A stretch of DNA of 64,000 nucleotides from a phage, in assembly GCA_020241125.1 (NCBI GenBank), contig GCA_020241125.1_4708.1; one strand, given 5' to 3'. Of the stretch, positions 39,091 through 48,189 are shown piece after piece. Position numbers and translations under genes: made by a program. Numbering within the stretch: position 1 is the first letter of the stretch; each line of letters opens with the position of its first letter. The notes beneath the pieces were generated by a model that saw only the letters and a list, made by a program, of their open reading frames with translations, ran no database searches and was not told where the DNA came from.

Positions 39091-40233
39091 TCATGGCAAC
39101 GTATCAAGCCAAGCAGAAACCTTTAAGGCATCAACGTTCGGGTATTTATTACGAATGCGTTCGACCAACAAACGCTTAACGTTGTCCTTTGTCAAGTCTC
39201 CACCTTTCTCGATAACGTTATTGACAAAACTGTTCTTTAATAGCGACTGGTTGTTCTTGGCGTCCGTTTTAATTGACCAAACGAAGCCTGGATACAAAGA
39301 AGGGATAGAACGAAACGTTTTCGCCGCATCGTCTTCCTTATCGCAGCGTATTCGGATATGATCACCCTTCTTCAATGGAGCCAATTCCCGTTCCAACACA
39401 CGGACAATTTCATCTCCAACAAGACCATGCAGTTTTATCGTCTTGTAGACATCTGCTTTCTTGTTTTCAACAAATTCCCACTGGTCGTTAAACGTTTCCG
39501 TTAACATATAACGGAGATACCCTTTTGGACCTTCTTCACCGTGCGCCAAGCGACCGAACGAACCGCCAACCATGATACGTCCTTTCTGGGATTGTAAGTG
39601 AATATGTCCGCTCACGATCCATCCCTGGGTCTTCTCCACCATTGCGTTATACGCATCGCTGCTATGAACACATGTCGCTTTTAACGCTTCTGGTGGAAGC
39701 TGATATTCAAACGCACCGTGCATCAGAATGAAGCCCGGCGATCCCTTCTCATCAATAAGTCGGTTCACGGCTGACAACGTCACATCCGGGTCGTGGCTGT
39801 AGTTATCTGGAAGATAAAGTACTTTTAAACCAAAGTCTTCATCAACCATGCAGAGGTCATCGTAATAACGAACTTTCGCTCCTATCTCCATGACCTCGTT
39901 CTGTTCAACGAACCACTGACTTTGCTTCTGGTCGTGTAAGTTGGTACCCTCAAGAAAGATCAACGTAATATCGTGTTTTCTTGCATACCGTAACAACCAG
40001 GTACCCCAGGCACGAACAGCAACCACGTCACTCGTCACAAACGTCGTGATACGATCGAAGACATCACCACTGAACGTAATCACATCAAGCAGCGCAGGAT
40101 CTTCTTTTGTAATGTAATAACGCAGCTGGCTAATCAGGTTTACTGTCGGTGTTTGACGATGGATAAAGTGAATATCCGACAAGTTGATTCCACGTAATAC
40201 CCCAGGCGTTTTATTTCGACTGAAGTCTCGCAT
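39091..40233 (-). CDS. calcineurin-like metallophosphoesterase, possible SbcD/Mre11-type nuclease (380 aa)
   Basis: Ordered motifs INLSDIH (D-x-H), FSGDVFD (GD-x-x-D), GTNLHD (GNHD-like), LMHGAF, SGHIH (GHxH). Confidence 0.5.
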   Translation of the reverse strand: MRDFSRNKTPGVLRGINLSDIHFIHRQTPTVNLISQLRYYITKEDPALLDVITFSGDVFDRITTFVTSDVVAVRAWGTWLLRYARKHDITLIFLEGTNLHDQKQSQWFVEQNEVMEIGAKVRYYDDLCMVDEDFGLKVLYLPDNYSHDPDVTLSAVNRLIDEKGSPGFILMHGAFEYQLPPEALKATCVHSSDAYNAMVEKTQGWIVSGHIHLQSQKGRIMVGGSFGRLAHGEEGPKGYLRYMLTETFNDQWEFVENKKADVYKTIKLHGLVGDEIVRVLERELAPLKKGDHIRIRCDKEDDAAKTFRSIPSLYPGFVWSIKTDAKNNQSLLKNSFVNNVIEKGGDLTKDNVKRLLVERIRNKYPNVDALKVSAWLDTLP

Positions 40234-41015
40234 CAGAATTCCTCTAAGTTGCTGCTGCTAATAGTCCCCGTCGTAGACGGCATGTTTCTACTACCCACCG
40301 ACGCAGTTGTTGAAGAGGTTCTGGCTAGATTCAATCCGTTTAATAACCCACACTCTTTTACCGTACGACGTGAACCATCACGAACGTCATAAAGAGGTAC
40401 GTTATAATGGTCAAAAATCCGAAGCCATTGCACGTAATCAGCAACAACATGGTCTTTGCTTTCATTCGGGGCAAAGCGATCAAGCTGATGGTCGACGTAA
40501 GCTTTAGCGCTTTCAGGATTGAAGTTATACTGTCGACGTGCTTTGTCCACCATCGCGAGGAAACATGTATTGGGGTCACGATTGATGTATGAACGCGTCC
40601 GGATAAAGATAGCCGGTACCGTAAACAGAACCTTGTTGTTATTCCCATCAGCAACGATGTTAACCGCACGATGCGGTTGGCCTGCTATCTTACACCAATC
40701 GTGAACAATGGTGCTATTACTCAGCATCTCCGCGTATTCAGGATCCTGGGAAAACATTCCTGCGAACGGATACAAGAAATGTTTAACGAACAGCGATTCA
40801 GGCAGGATGTTGGGACGCGTCATCTCCTGTAAACCTTTTCGTAGAAGCTCGCTATTGTCTACCAGCTCCTGCCACATGTCCGGTCGTGTTTTCGGGATGG
40901 ACGGATCCTGAGCGCGGCGAATGCGCTCTTCCTCATTTACAACCACTACCCCAGCCGGATACCCCAATAAATCCGTTCCTTCGCTAACGTTGCTGTTAGT
41001 TTGGCGCGCCTTCAT
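40233..41015 (-). CDS. hypothetical protein (260 aa)
   Basis: ORF track. Confidence 0.5.
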   Translation of the reverse strand: MKARQTNSNVSEGTDLLGYPAGVVVVNEEERIRRAQDPSIPKTRPDMWQELVDNSELLRKGLQEMTRPNILPESLFVKHFLYPFAGMFSQDPEYAEMLSNSTIVHDWCKIAGQPHRAVNIVADGNNNKVLFTVPAIFIRTRSYINRDPNTCFLAMVDKARRQYNFNPESAKAYVDHQLDRFAPNESKDHVVADYVQWLRIFDHYNVPLYDVRDGSRRTVKECGLLNGLNLARTSSTTASVGSRNMPSTTGTISSSNLEEF

Positions 41016-41403
41016 TTACTTCCTCCTGCCACTTGATAAAATTACCACGCTCGGATCGCAGAACACCACCCAGATCGTACGATATACCTTTCTCTGTGAC
41101 AATCCCCCCAATCTGGAGATCAACACGTTCCGTCGTCGGATCGATATACTTGACACGGACTTTCAATTCCACGCGATCGTAATAACGCATTAAATAATCA
41201 TACAACATCCGGTACGTCGCATCTTCCAATTTGGGTGCGCTATACTGCGACGTTGCAATGAGGTACGGTAGTGAAACGATGGAACCTTGATAGCAATACG
41301 ACTGGGAATAATTCGATATTGCGAAATTGGTCATTAACCCATCCAGCTTTTTACCCGACGCGGTTAAAAAGCTCGACAGTCCCGGTAACGGATTCGATGC
41401 CAT
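40996..41403 (-). CDS. hypothetical protein (135 aa)
   Basis: ORF track. Confidence 0.45.
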   Translation of the reverse strand: MASNPLPGLSSFLTASGKKLDGLMTNFAISNYSQSYCYQGSIVSLPYLIATSQYSAPKLEDATYRMLYDYLMRYYDRVELKVRVKYIDPTTERVDLQIGGIVTEKGISYDLGGVLRSERGNFIKWQEEVNEGAPN

Positions 41404-41416
41404 GAGGAACTCCTCT

Positions 41417-41866
41417 TTAAGCGTAATTCATTCCAACCAATCTATCGTAGTTAGGCATATGCCCTAACTCCAGTTCGACGGGCATGGATACATTGGTGCG
41501 TGGTGCGTAAAATGTTCGCGTATGCATATCGATATACCCACAGTCCAAATAAACAATATCGGACAACTCCGCTGGATGTTTAGGTGCGGGAATCTTTAAG
41601 CGATTGTAACACTCAAGCTGCCACCAGGCATGAAAAAAGTTATTGTAAGCGTACGATTTACTGTTAGCAACTTTAAGTCCGTAGATCACCCATAACGCCG
41701 CCATGAAGTTGGTCGCGTTAATTCGCATCGGTTGTTCATTATTGAGCATGTACGTGTAGGTAAACAACGGTGTGTTACCATCACCGAAACGTCCGACCAA
41801 GGTATTGTTTGTGCGTTCGACCTCAAAGGAAAAATGCTGGCTGCTATTGCCATCAAAATGGATCAT
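41417..41866 (-). CDS. hypothetical protein (~149 aa; start uncertain)
   Basis: Track ORF starts at a GTG inside a hairpin (41956); in-frame ATGs at 41890 and 41866, the latter with GAGGAG RBS. Confidence 0.4.
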   Translation of the reverse strand: MIHFDGNSSQHFSFEVERTNNTLVGRFGDGNTPLFTYTYMLNNEQPMRINATNFMAALWVIYGLKVANSKSYAYNNFFHAWWQLECYNRLKIPAPKHPAELSDIVYLDCGYIDMHTRTFYAPRTNVSMPVELELGHMPNYDRLVGMNYA

Positions 41867-41985
41867 TCCGTTCTCCTCAAGCTTTTTCATTTCATAGAGT
41901 GGTGGAAATTCGTAGAAAGTTACAAAAATAAAAAAGAATGGGCAGCCCCTCCCCACCCGAAGGTAGGGAGAGACCGCAAATATAC

Positions 41986-42450
41986 TTAAACCAAAGCTGC
42001 GATAACGTCGTTAACATTACGGCCTCGCAACTCTGCCGCTAAACGAATAACTTCATCCAGGGAACGGTTTGTACGAATCTTGGCCACTTTCCAATTTTCA
42101 GGATACTGTTCGAAGTTAAGCAACCAAGTCATTACCTTTGCTTGTTCCATACCGTTGAGTTTGATTGTCGTGCGCGGATTGGCTTTGAACCACTTCTTGC
42201 TCAGCTGCGCCATACGGCGAACAGGGTAAGCGTAAGCGCGAGTCCAGTCTTTGGACAGATTGTCGAGTAATTCACAGTAGCTGTTGTCGTAGTCTTTGTT
42301 GATACGACGTAATAACCAGTTGGCGGTCATCTGATAAAGTTTATCATCTTCACGTAACCGCATACCCGCTACTGCTAAATAAATGATAAGACCTGCGCCC
42401 AGGATGAGAGACAGGATAAACAGAATTTGGGTTTCTTGTGCTAAAGTCAT
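41986..42450 (-). CDS. predicted membrane protein (154 aa, N-terminal TM segment)
   Basis: MTLAQETQILFILSLILGAGLIIYLAVAGMRL; GAGGA RBS; promoter-like motif upstream. Confidence 0.55.
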   Translation of the reverse strand: MTLAQETQILFILSLILGAGLIIYLAVAGMRLREDDKLYQMTANWLLRRINKDYDNSYCELLDNLSKDWTRAYAYPVRRMAQLSKKWFKANPRTTIKLNGMEQAKVMTWLLNFEQYPENWKVAKIRTNRSLDEVIRLAAELRGRNVNDVIAALV

Positions 42451-42540
42451 TTTACTATCCTCGGATTTCGTTAGGATTTAATTTCCAATATAAGGGCAAT
42501 GTGATATGCCTTATACAGTCGATTGATGTTGTACATCACT

Positions 42541-42560
42541 TAAGTAATATAGCCGTGAAA
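42541..42560 (-). promoter_or_regulatory. conserved promoter-like motif, copy 3 (minus sense TTTCACGGCTATATTACTTA)
   Basis: Identical over 20 nt to copy 1; ~85 nt upstream of ATG 42450. Confidence 0.5.
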
Positions 42561-42569
42561 AATGTTGGA

Positions 42570-43367
42570 TTAACGTGTTCTCCTATCACGATGCGTATAC
42601 GACTGAAGACCGATGTCCATATGCGGTAACGTCAGCGTCTGCCAGATCTGTCGTGCGTAGCGATCGAGCGTATGATCGTCAGTAACACAATCGACGGGTT
42701 CGATGAGGTGGGTCGTATACTGGCTTTTCTCAGAGAAAGGTTCGATGTTAGCTGTATCGCCTAATCCGCTTTTCACGGTGAAGACAAGACGTGTGACGAT
42801 CATCGCCTTATGCTGCTGTTCATTATAACGAAGGCTGCGGTATACGGCATAGCTTCCTCCCTTTAAGCTTCGGGTATAACGAAGGTCGGAGGTCGTCTCG
42901 GAAATCTGATACAGCATCCAGTCCAACGTATCACGCCAGTACGCATCATCCACATCAGGAACTGTAATACCATACCGCGTAGGTAGCAGTTCTAAAAGCA
43001 ATTTATAAAGTCCGCGACGCAGACCATGCTCTTCTGTTTCCGATAAACCGTTTCCAACGTAACGTGAAATACGTGTACGTAAATACGTACGGATGAACAT
43101 ATTCGCCATCAGTGTTTTCACTCTGCTACTGGTATCCTCAAAGCGATCAACGCTGAAACTCGTTTCAATCAGCCGTCCATTAAAATACAATGCGGCAACA
43201 TACATCGCGTTATTGCTATCACGTTCAATGTTTAAACGACCGCAGATATTAGCCGCGTCGTTCATGGTAAATTCTAATTTATCGTGTTCGATACGATAGA
43301 TAATATCCTCTTGGGTTGCCAGGCTCGCAATGCGACGGTAGCCCGGAGAAGTACGTTTTACACTCAT
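42570..43367 (-). CDS. hypothetical protein (~265 aa; start at internal ATG with GAGGA RBS)
   Basis: Track ORF starts at 43406 inside the UUUAUGCCG terminator tail; the internal ATG (MSVKRTS) has a proper RBS. Confidence 0.5.
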   Translation of the reverse strand: MSVKRTSPGYRRIASLATQEDIIYRIEHDKLEFTMNDAANICGRLNIERDSNNAMYVAALYFNGRLIETSFSVDRFEDTSSRVKTLMANMFIRTYLRTRISRYVGNGLSETEEHGLRRGLYKLLLELLPTRYGITVPDVDDAYWRDTLDWMLYQISETTSDLRYTRSLKGGSYAVYRSLRYNEQQHKAMIVTRLVFTVKSGLGDTANIEPFSEKSQYTTHLIEPVDCVTDDHTLDRYARQIWQTLTLPHMDIGLQSYTHRDRRTR

Positions 43368-43409
43368 GATTGTCCTCGTTTTCAATTTTAAGATTGCATG
43401 CGGCATAAA

Positions 43410-43434
43410 CCCTCCCCGCCTTATGCGGGGAGGG
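43410..43434 (-). terminator. hairpin (CCCTCCCCGC/GCGGGGAGGG) with GUUUAUGCCG tail in minus sense
   Basis: 10-bp perfect stem after stop of 43450..44088. Confidence 0.55.
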
Positions 43435-43449
43435 CAGCCATTAAATGGA

Positions 43450-44088
43450 TTAACCTAATTTACCACCGGCGATATTGGTGAAATCTTCGCCATCAGGAAC
43501 TTGCAGTAGGATACGTGCCATGTCCCAGTTGGTTAATGTAATTGCTTTATCATCGATACTCAGTTCTGGTAGGTCGAGTTCATGATCATCAAACTCGTAG
43601 GAAATACTCCACGTTTCATCTGTTTTAGGATCGGTTATCAACACACCGTCTGTTACACGCATGTAGTCCGGGTGCAGTTCATTACTGAACGTGCCGAACG
43701 GATCGGTGTAACATTCAGCATACCCCTCGATCTGCTGACGCTGTGCCTTCGTACGTAATTCAGGGCACGCCATGATCAGTTGTCGAGATATGCCGTTTGC
43801 AGCTCGGAAATCCTCCACGGTGTTACATGGCATAACCACATCGTCATGGAAGATGTTCTCCGATTGTCTCAGCAAAGTCTTACGGAGTTCAGCATAGTTT
43901 ATCTGATTGAATGCGTCGAACGTTGCTAACGATTCAGCGTAAAAATGCTTTACGTGTTCGCTTGCGCCGCCGAGGCTATTCATCAGCTTGTGGCCGTACT
44001 CCATAAAGCTTTTATCGAGACCGGAGGACATTTCTCCGAACCTCAGTGCACGATAACTGTCTCGTCCACCTGTAAATATTTGCGCCAT
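43450..44088 (-). CDS. hypothetical protein (212 aa)
   Basis: AGGAGG RBS 9 nt upstream of ATG; follows beta' exon 2. Confidence 0.6.
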   Translation of the reverse strand: MAQIFTGGRDSYRALRFGEMSSGLDKSFMEYGHKLMNSLGGASEHVKHFYAESLATFDAFNQINYAELRKTLLRQSENIFHDDVVMPCNTVEDFRAANGISRQLIMACPELRTKAQRQQIEGYAECYTDPFGTFSNELHPDYMRVTDGVLITDPKTDETWSISYEFDDHELDLPELSIDDKAITLTNWDMARILLQVPDGEDFTNIAGGKLG

Positions 44089-44103
44089 TACAGGCGTCCT
44101 CCT

Positions 44104-44346
44104 TTAGCAATGGTTGTTAGTTGCTTCTATTTCGTCAAGATAAGGTTCTACGTCATCGCCCTCCACGAATTCGTTGAACCAACAGTCAATAGTGGAAATA
44201 ACCGGTGACTGGTGTTCACATTTCTTAGATACCTTAAAAGGTACGTTATTATCCATCATGCCGAGTTCGGGTCGAAAACGCCCGAAATGTTTCGCAGTCC
44301 AAATGTCTGGGACGATATGGTTGTTCATTGCGTCGCCGTCAAAGTC
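44104..44346 (-). CDS. RNA polymerase beta'-like N-terminal subunit, exon 2 (begins at the DFDGD catalytic motif)
   Basis: Reading frame opens 3 codons upstream (UGA) and encodes DFDGDAMNNH...; cf bacterial beta' NADFDGDQMAVH. No RBS; joins exon 1 to give GYNA|DFDGD. Confidence 0.6.
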   Translation of the reverse strand, partial: DFDGDAMNNHIVPDIWTAKHFGRFRPELGMMDNNVPFKVSKKCEHQSPVISTIDCWFNEFVEGDDVEPYLDEIEATNNHC

Positions 44347-44696
44347 CACATATCTTCAGTATGAATCGCTACTTCATACCCGCAGCATTACCTGCAGCTC
44401 CTGGTGTTACCAGGACGGAGAGATCATCTCATCACCCACGAAGGGTGTTCCGCGCTACCCTCAGCGAATTCGAGGGACATGATCGTTGAACCTTCCACCG
44501 ATAATCGGTGGCTAGGCTGCTGATTAAACATTGTACGTTGGGGTGGCATCCTGGTTCAGGACTGTCGTTGAAGCCTCCCAACATCCACTCACTTATTTCC
44601 GCCTTATCGGCTCCCATAAGGGCAGAGTGGCTTTAGCCCGTCTCAGCAATTCACGGAATTCAAGCTCTTCCTTTCAGAAGGCAGGGCCTCATCTGA
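44347..44696 (-). other. putative self-splicing intron (group I-like, 350 nt, no ORF) interrupting the beta' gene
   Basis: Exon 1 frame ends ...KGYNA and exon 2 starts DFDGD, restoring the YNADFDGD motif; 5' exon ends in U and insert ends in G; insert carries GGUUCAACGAUCAUGUC and AAGAUAU near its 3' end (resembling group I R and S elements) and several stem-loops (CCUGGUAACACCAGG). Confidence 0.55.
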
Positions 44697-45947
44697 AGCA
44701 TTGTATCCCTTAAGGATCATCACGCTTAACCCGATGGTATTATCCTGCGGATCGCGTTTAACCTTGGTGATTTCAAGACATTGGTTACTGCTTCGGTCAA
44801 GTGATGGGTTTCGAACAAAACCGCACACAATCCCATCGAACGGTGTATCAGCAATAAGCTCATCGTGCAGCTCACTCATCATCGGATGATAATTACGGAC
44901 ATGTTCCGCAACGAACGCACGTGCTGCTCTCGGTGAATAACCACGATGGAATAACTTGGATTGGATATGTTCTTTATTGGTTAAAGTAAATGGTGCGTAT
45001 GGGAAATGCAGATGATAATAACGATGGTTCGCTGTTATCGAACTGATTACAGTACGCGTGGTGAATGGATGTAATGTACCTAATATGTTTTTACGTGTGA
45101 TACCTTTCTTCTTACCGATGAACTCATCGAAAATCGCCGCATGGTATTGCAGTAGCTTCAATTGCACTTTCGCCATCCAGTTTTCTTTCTTTCTGGCGCT
45201 CAAAGGTGTTGTTGGGTGATAGATACTATTCAACGTACCGATAGCATCGATCGCACCTTCCATTTTGCTATCCGCATAACGACCGGTTGGCGTATTCTCG
45301 ATAACGAACATCATGGCCGCAGGAAAGCTGATATACTGACTGAAGAACTTATCACGATGGATACGGATGAATTCTCGTAGCGTATCAACTTTCTCCGTGT
45401 TCTTCGGTCCGCGTAACGTCGGTCCTTTATACAAGATCTCCATGATGCGATCGAAGTTCTGTATAAAACTATTTACACCGCGACGTATCCCGAATACATC
45501 GAATTGCTGCTCCAGATAGTTCTTGAGTTCGATGGGTCGTTTTACATTTGGACGGTAACTGGCATCAATGAGCCACGTCATCGTTTCAAAGCTTTTGATA
45601 TTCAACTCGCTTGCCAGCACGAGATGGACCAACGGGTTAATGAACGCATCAATTCCTTCAGGAACACGCGCCCAAACCGTCGAACGAATCTCTTGTTCTG
45701 CTGGATAGGTTACAACCGTTTTACAGTTCGGACACACCGTGCCGAGCAGCTCACCACGATTGTAGAAACCACAACCACATTGTGGCGTGATATCCAACGT
45801 ATCGCTGGAGTAAACACGGGTGATAAAACTGTTTAATTTCTTCTTCTCTTCGACGACTTTTGTATCGTAATCATTCAACAAAATCGGCGTGAAAGGAAGT
45901 TCTGCGAGCTGTCTATCGAAACTCACGATATCGAGCATGATGGCCAT
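44697..45947 (-). CDS. RNA polymerase beta'-like N-terminal subunit, exon 1 (417 aa to the GYNA junction)
   Basis: N-terminal zinc finger CGCGFYNRGELLGTVCPNCKTVV (cf beta' CxC...CxxC); TAGGAG RBS; unspliced frame continues 17 codons to a stop. Confidence 0.65.
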
Positions 45948-45989
45948 GGGGTATCTCCTACAAATGAAAAAGAACGTTAGGACGTATAA

Positions 45990-46013
45990 GGGAGGGAGGT
46001 TGCCCTCCCTCCC
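45990..46013 (-). terminator. hairpin GGGAGGGAGG-TTGC-CCTCCCTCCC after the 631-aa gene
   Basis: 10-bp perfect inverted repeat 27 nt after the stop; U-run further downstream. Confidence 0.55.
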
Positions 46014-46039
46014 GTCAGATTACATCGAACGTTCTTCCA

Positions 46040-47935
46040 TTAGAACAGGTTGAATGCCCCACCCATGTTGTTAACGCCAACATTCGGACGATCGCTACGT
46101 GCGTAGATGTTACCGGAGATGTTACCCAGACCACGAGCACGTGCTGCCATGTTACCACGAACAGCGGTACCTGCCAGATGCTGGATGTTCTCAGGACGGA
46201 TGGTGAAGCCAGCATCAGCAGCGGCCTCGATCAGCGCCTGCAGTGCTAACGGATCGAAGTCGTAACGCATTGCCCAGCCGGTTTGTTCCCAGCTACCAGA
46301 CAGAACACGATCAATGATTTCGTGACGAGCGACAACACGCTGAGACATCGTCATATCGGTACGGTCGAAGCTGTCTTCCCAAGCTTCTACGGTATCCGGG
46401 TTAGTGATGTTCATCATGTACAGATCGTCCATATCACGAATATCGTGACGGTGACCATCCTGGTGGTTATAATGACCCAGCGGGATACGGTTACCGGTAG
46501 CGTAGACCAGTGGTGCGCCGTACTGATATTTCTTGCTGAAGCAACCCAGGGTAGTATCATCGAAGGCACGGAAGAGTGCTTTGTAACCTTCGGAGATTTC
46601 CCGGACTTCACCTTCAACTTTGCCCGTATAGATCTTCTCAGCCGCCGGGATCATACGCAGCAGCCAGCTGTATTCGCCTTCTTCCGGTACGTCGATAGAA
46701 ATCAGCAGAGACGGATACAGTACCTGTTGCAGGAACTTGTAAATCTGCTCGTTGGTTTGAGTAGACAGATCCAGCGGTGCGGTAACTTCCGGATCCAGTA
46801 CCATCGCCAGAGCACCCGGGTTATGCGGACCAATACCACGAGCAGCGTTGCTGATTAAAGACTGTGCCCACGCCATACCGCTGTTCAGCGTAGCGATGGT
46901 GCCAATCAGACCCAACACGAAAGTGTTCGGCGTGAACGCATCCAGCTCCAGCGGGTAAGCGCTGGTCATCACGTAACGCGGTTGGTATTGTACAGTCGGC
47001 GGTACCGGATAACCGTTAACCAGAACAGGGCCTTGGTTGAAGGTCGGGTTCTGCGGGCTGTAGGTCAGGTCAATGTAACCGGTGGTTGCGACCAGACGCT
47101 GCTGACTATCGTAATCGCTCATCGCTTGACGGATGCGGTTAGAGATAGTTACAGTGATGTCAGAACGCACAGGGTTACCAACAATATCGCTGTCCTGCAT
47201 ACCGCTGGTGTTGTACTGAACGCTGCTGATTGGCTGATCGCTTGCCATCATGCCCAGGTTGAACTGCGGCAGACCCAGTTTATCGCCGAGACGGATTTCG
47301 ATCGCGGTTTGGATTGCGTTATCTGCAGCAGACAGCAGGGTGGTTGCCAGATGCGCAGATTCAGCGGTGATTTCATTGGTCACCACAGCCAGACCAGCGA
47401 TACGAGCAGTACCATTAGACTTACCACCGATAGCTGCATACATTGCCGCCATGACTTCGTTGATGAACGTACCGTTCAGGTTATCAACCCAGGTACGCGG
47501 CACCAGAATGTTACCATGCGGGCCTTGTTCTTCACGACGCGGCAGCGGAGCCAAACCGGCAACCAGTGGAAGCACATAACCGAAGAAGTGGTTATGGTCA
47601 CCAACTTTTGCACCGCTCATAACAACCAGGGTCGGATACGGTACACTGTATTGGTTAGGATCGACGGTCACCATGATGAAGTCGTCTTTGAATCCTTTAT
47701 CTTCCAGTTCTTTTTCCATCAGACGACGGAGATTCAGTACCTGCTCGGAGCCAGTATTACGGCTAATACGACGGCTCAGTGTACGGTTGATCGTACGCAT
47801 CGTATGAGTTACTTTAGGCTGGCCAGCAAAATCTGCAGCGGTTTCCAGCGCCTCATCAGCACGTTGTGCGGTGCGGGTTTCAGCTGCACGAATTTCTACA
47901 TTATCGTTACCGTTATTACGTACGTCTAAGCCCAT
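46040..47935 (-). CDS. chmA: candidate chimallin / phage-nucleus shell protein (631 aa); major capsid protein not excluded
   Basis: Large ORF with strongly optimal codon usage, AAGAGGAA RBS, promoter-like motif 70 nt upstream, directly upstream of the beta'-N gene (order as recalled for phiKZ gp54-gp55), ~8 kb from PhuZ. No motif confirmation possible by eye. Confidence 0.45.
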   Translation of the reverse strand: MGLDVRNNGNDNVEIRAAETRTAQRADEALETAADFAGQPKVTHTMRTINRTLSRRISRNTGSEQVLNLRRLMEKELEDKGFKDDFIMVTVDPNQYSVPYPTLVVMSGAKVGDHNHFFGYVLPLVAGLAPLPRREEQGPHGNILVPRTWVDNLNGTFINEVMAAMYAAIGGKSNGTARIAGLAVVTNEITAESAHLATTLLSAADNAIQTAIEIRLGDKLGLPQFNLGMMASDQPISSVQYNTSGMQDSDIVGNPVRSDITVTISNRIRQAMSDYDSQQRLVATTGYIDLTYSPQNPTFNQGPVLVNGYPVPPTVQYQPRYVMTSAYPLELDAFTPNTFVLGLIGTIATLNSGMAWAQSLISNAARGIGPHNPGALAMVLDPEVTAPLDLSTQTNEQIYKFLQQVLYPSLLISIDVPEEGEYSWLLRMIPAAEKIYTGKVEGEVREISEGYKALFRAFDDTTLGCFSKKYQYGAPLVYATGNRIPLGHYNHQDGHRHDIRDMDDLYMMNITNPDTVEAWEDSFDRTDMTMSQRVVARHEIIDRVLSGSWEQTGWAMRYDFDPLALQALIEAAADAGFTIRPENIQHLAGTAVRGNMAARARGLGNISGNIYARSDRPNVGVNNMGGAFNLF

Positions 47936-48004
47936 TTGGGATTCCTCTTTTCTTAAACTTTATTAAATGACGTCATTGAATCAGCTTCTACTCGCTCATT
48001 CACC

Positions 48005-48024
48005 TAGGTAATATAACCCTGAAA
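48005..48024 (-). promoter_or_regulatory. conserved promoter-like motif, copy 4 (minus sense TTTCAGGGTTATATTACCTA)
   Basis: TATATTAC core ~73 nt upstream of ATG 47935. Confidence 0.5.
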
Positions 48025-48189
48025 TTTTTTTCAATATTGGTGTAACCACATTGAACGATATAAACCCCTAGGCGAACGCTGCCGAGAAGCAACATTCTTT
48101 CTACATATAATCAGGATATGTCTGTAAACTTTTACTTCTCTTATTGAGAGTAATGTCATATCCGTTTACCATCTTCTTACGGAGTTCGT

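Noticed and set aside
43368-43406. ATG at 43406 as start of 42570..43406, and similar track starts at 9493, 29612, 37339, 41956
   Set aside because: These codons sit inside terminator hairpins or their UUUAUGCCG tails and lack an RBS; in-frame downstream ATGs with AGGAGG-like RBS were preferred.
44104-44349. Treating the 81-aa ORF (MDFDGDAMNNH...) as an independent gene
   Set aside because: It has no RBS, starts at GTG exactly at the catalytic Asp triad, and its frame opens only 3 codons upstream. Joining it to the upstream ORF at GYNA|DFDGD recreates the canonical beta' motif, so I model it as exon 2.
44347-44696. Programmed ribosomal bypass or frameshift instead of an intron
   Set aside because: The gap is 350 nt, far longer than known translational bypass elements, and exon 2 is in a frame not reachable by +/-1 slippage without crossing stops; an RNA-level excision fits better.
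46040-47935. Calling the 631-aa protein the major capsid protein
   Set aside because: It carries the promoter-like motif that I take to be early-class, whereas capsid genes are late, and it has shell-gene-like synteny with beta'-N. Not excluded, so confidence is kept moderate.
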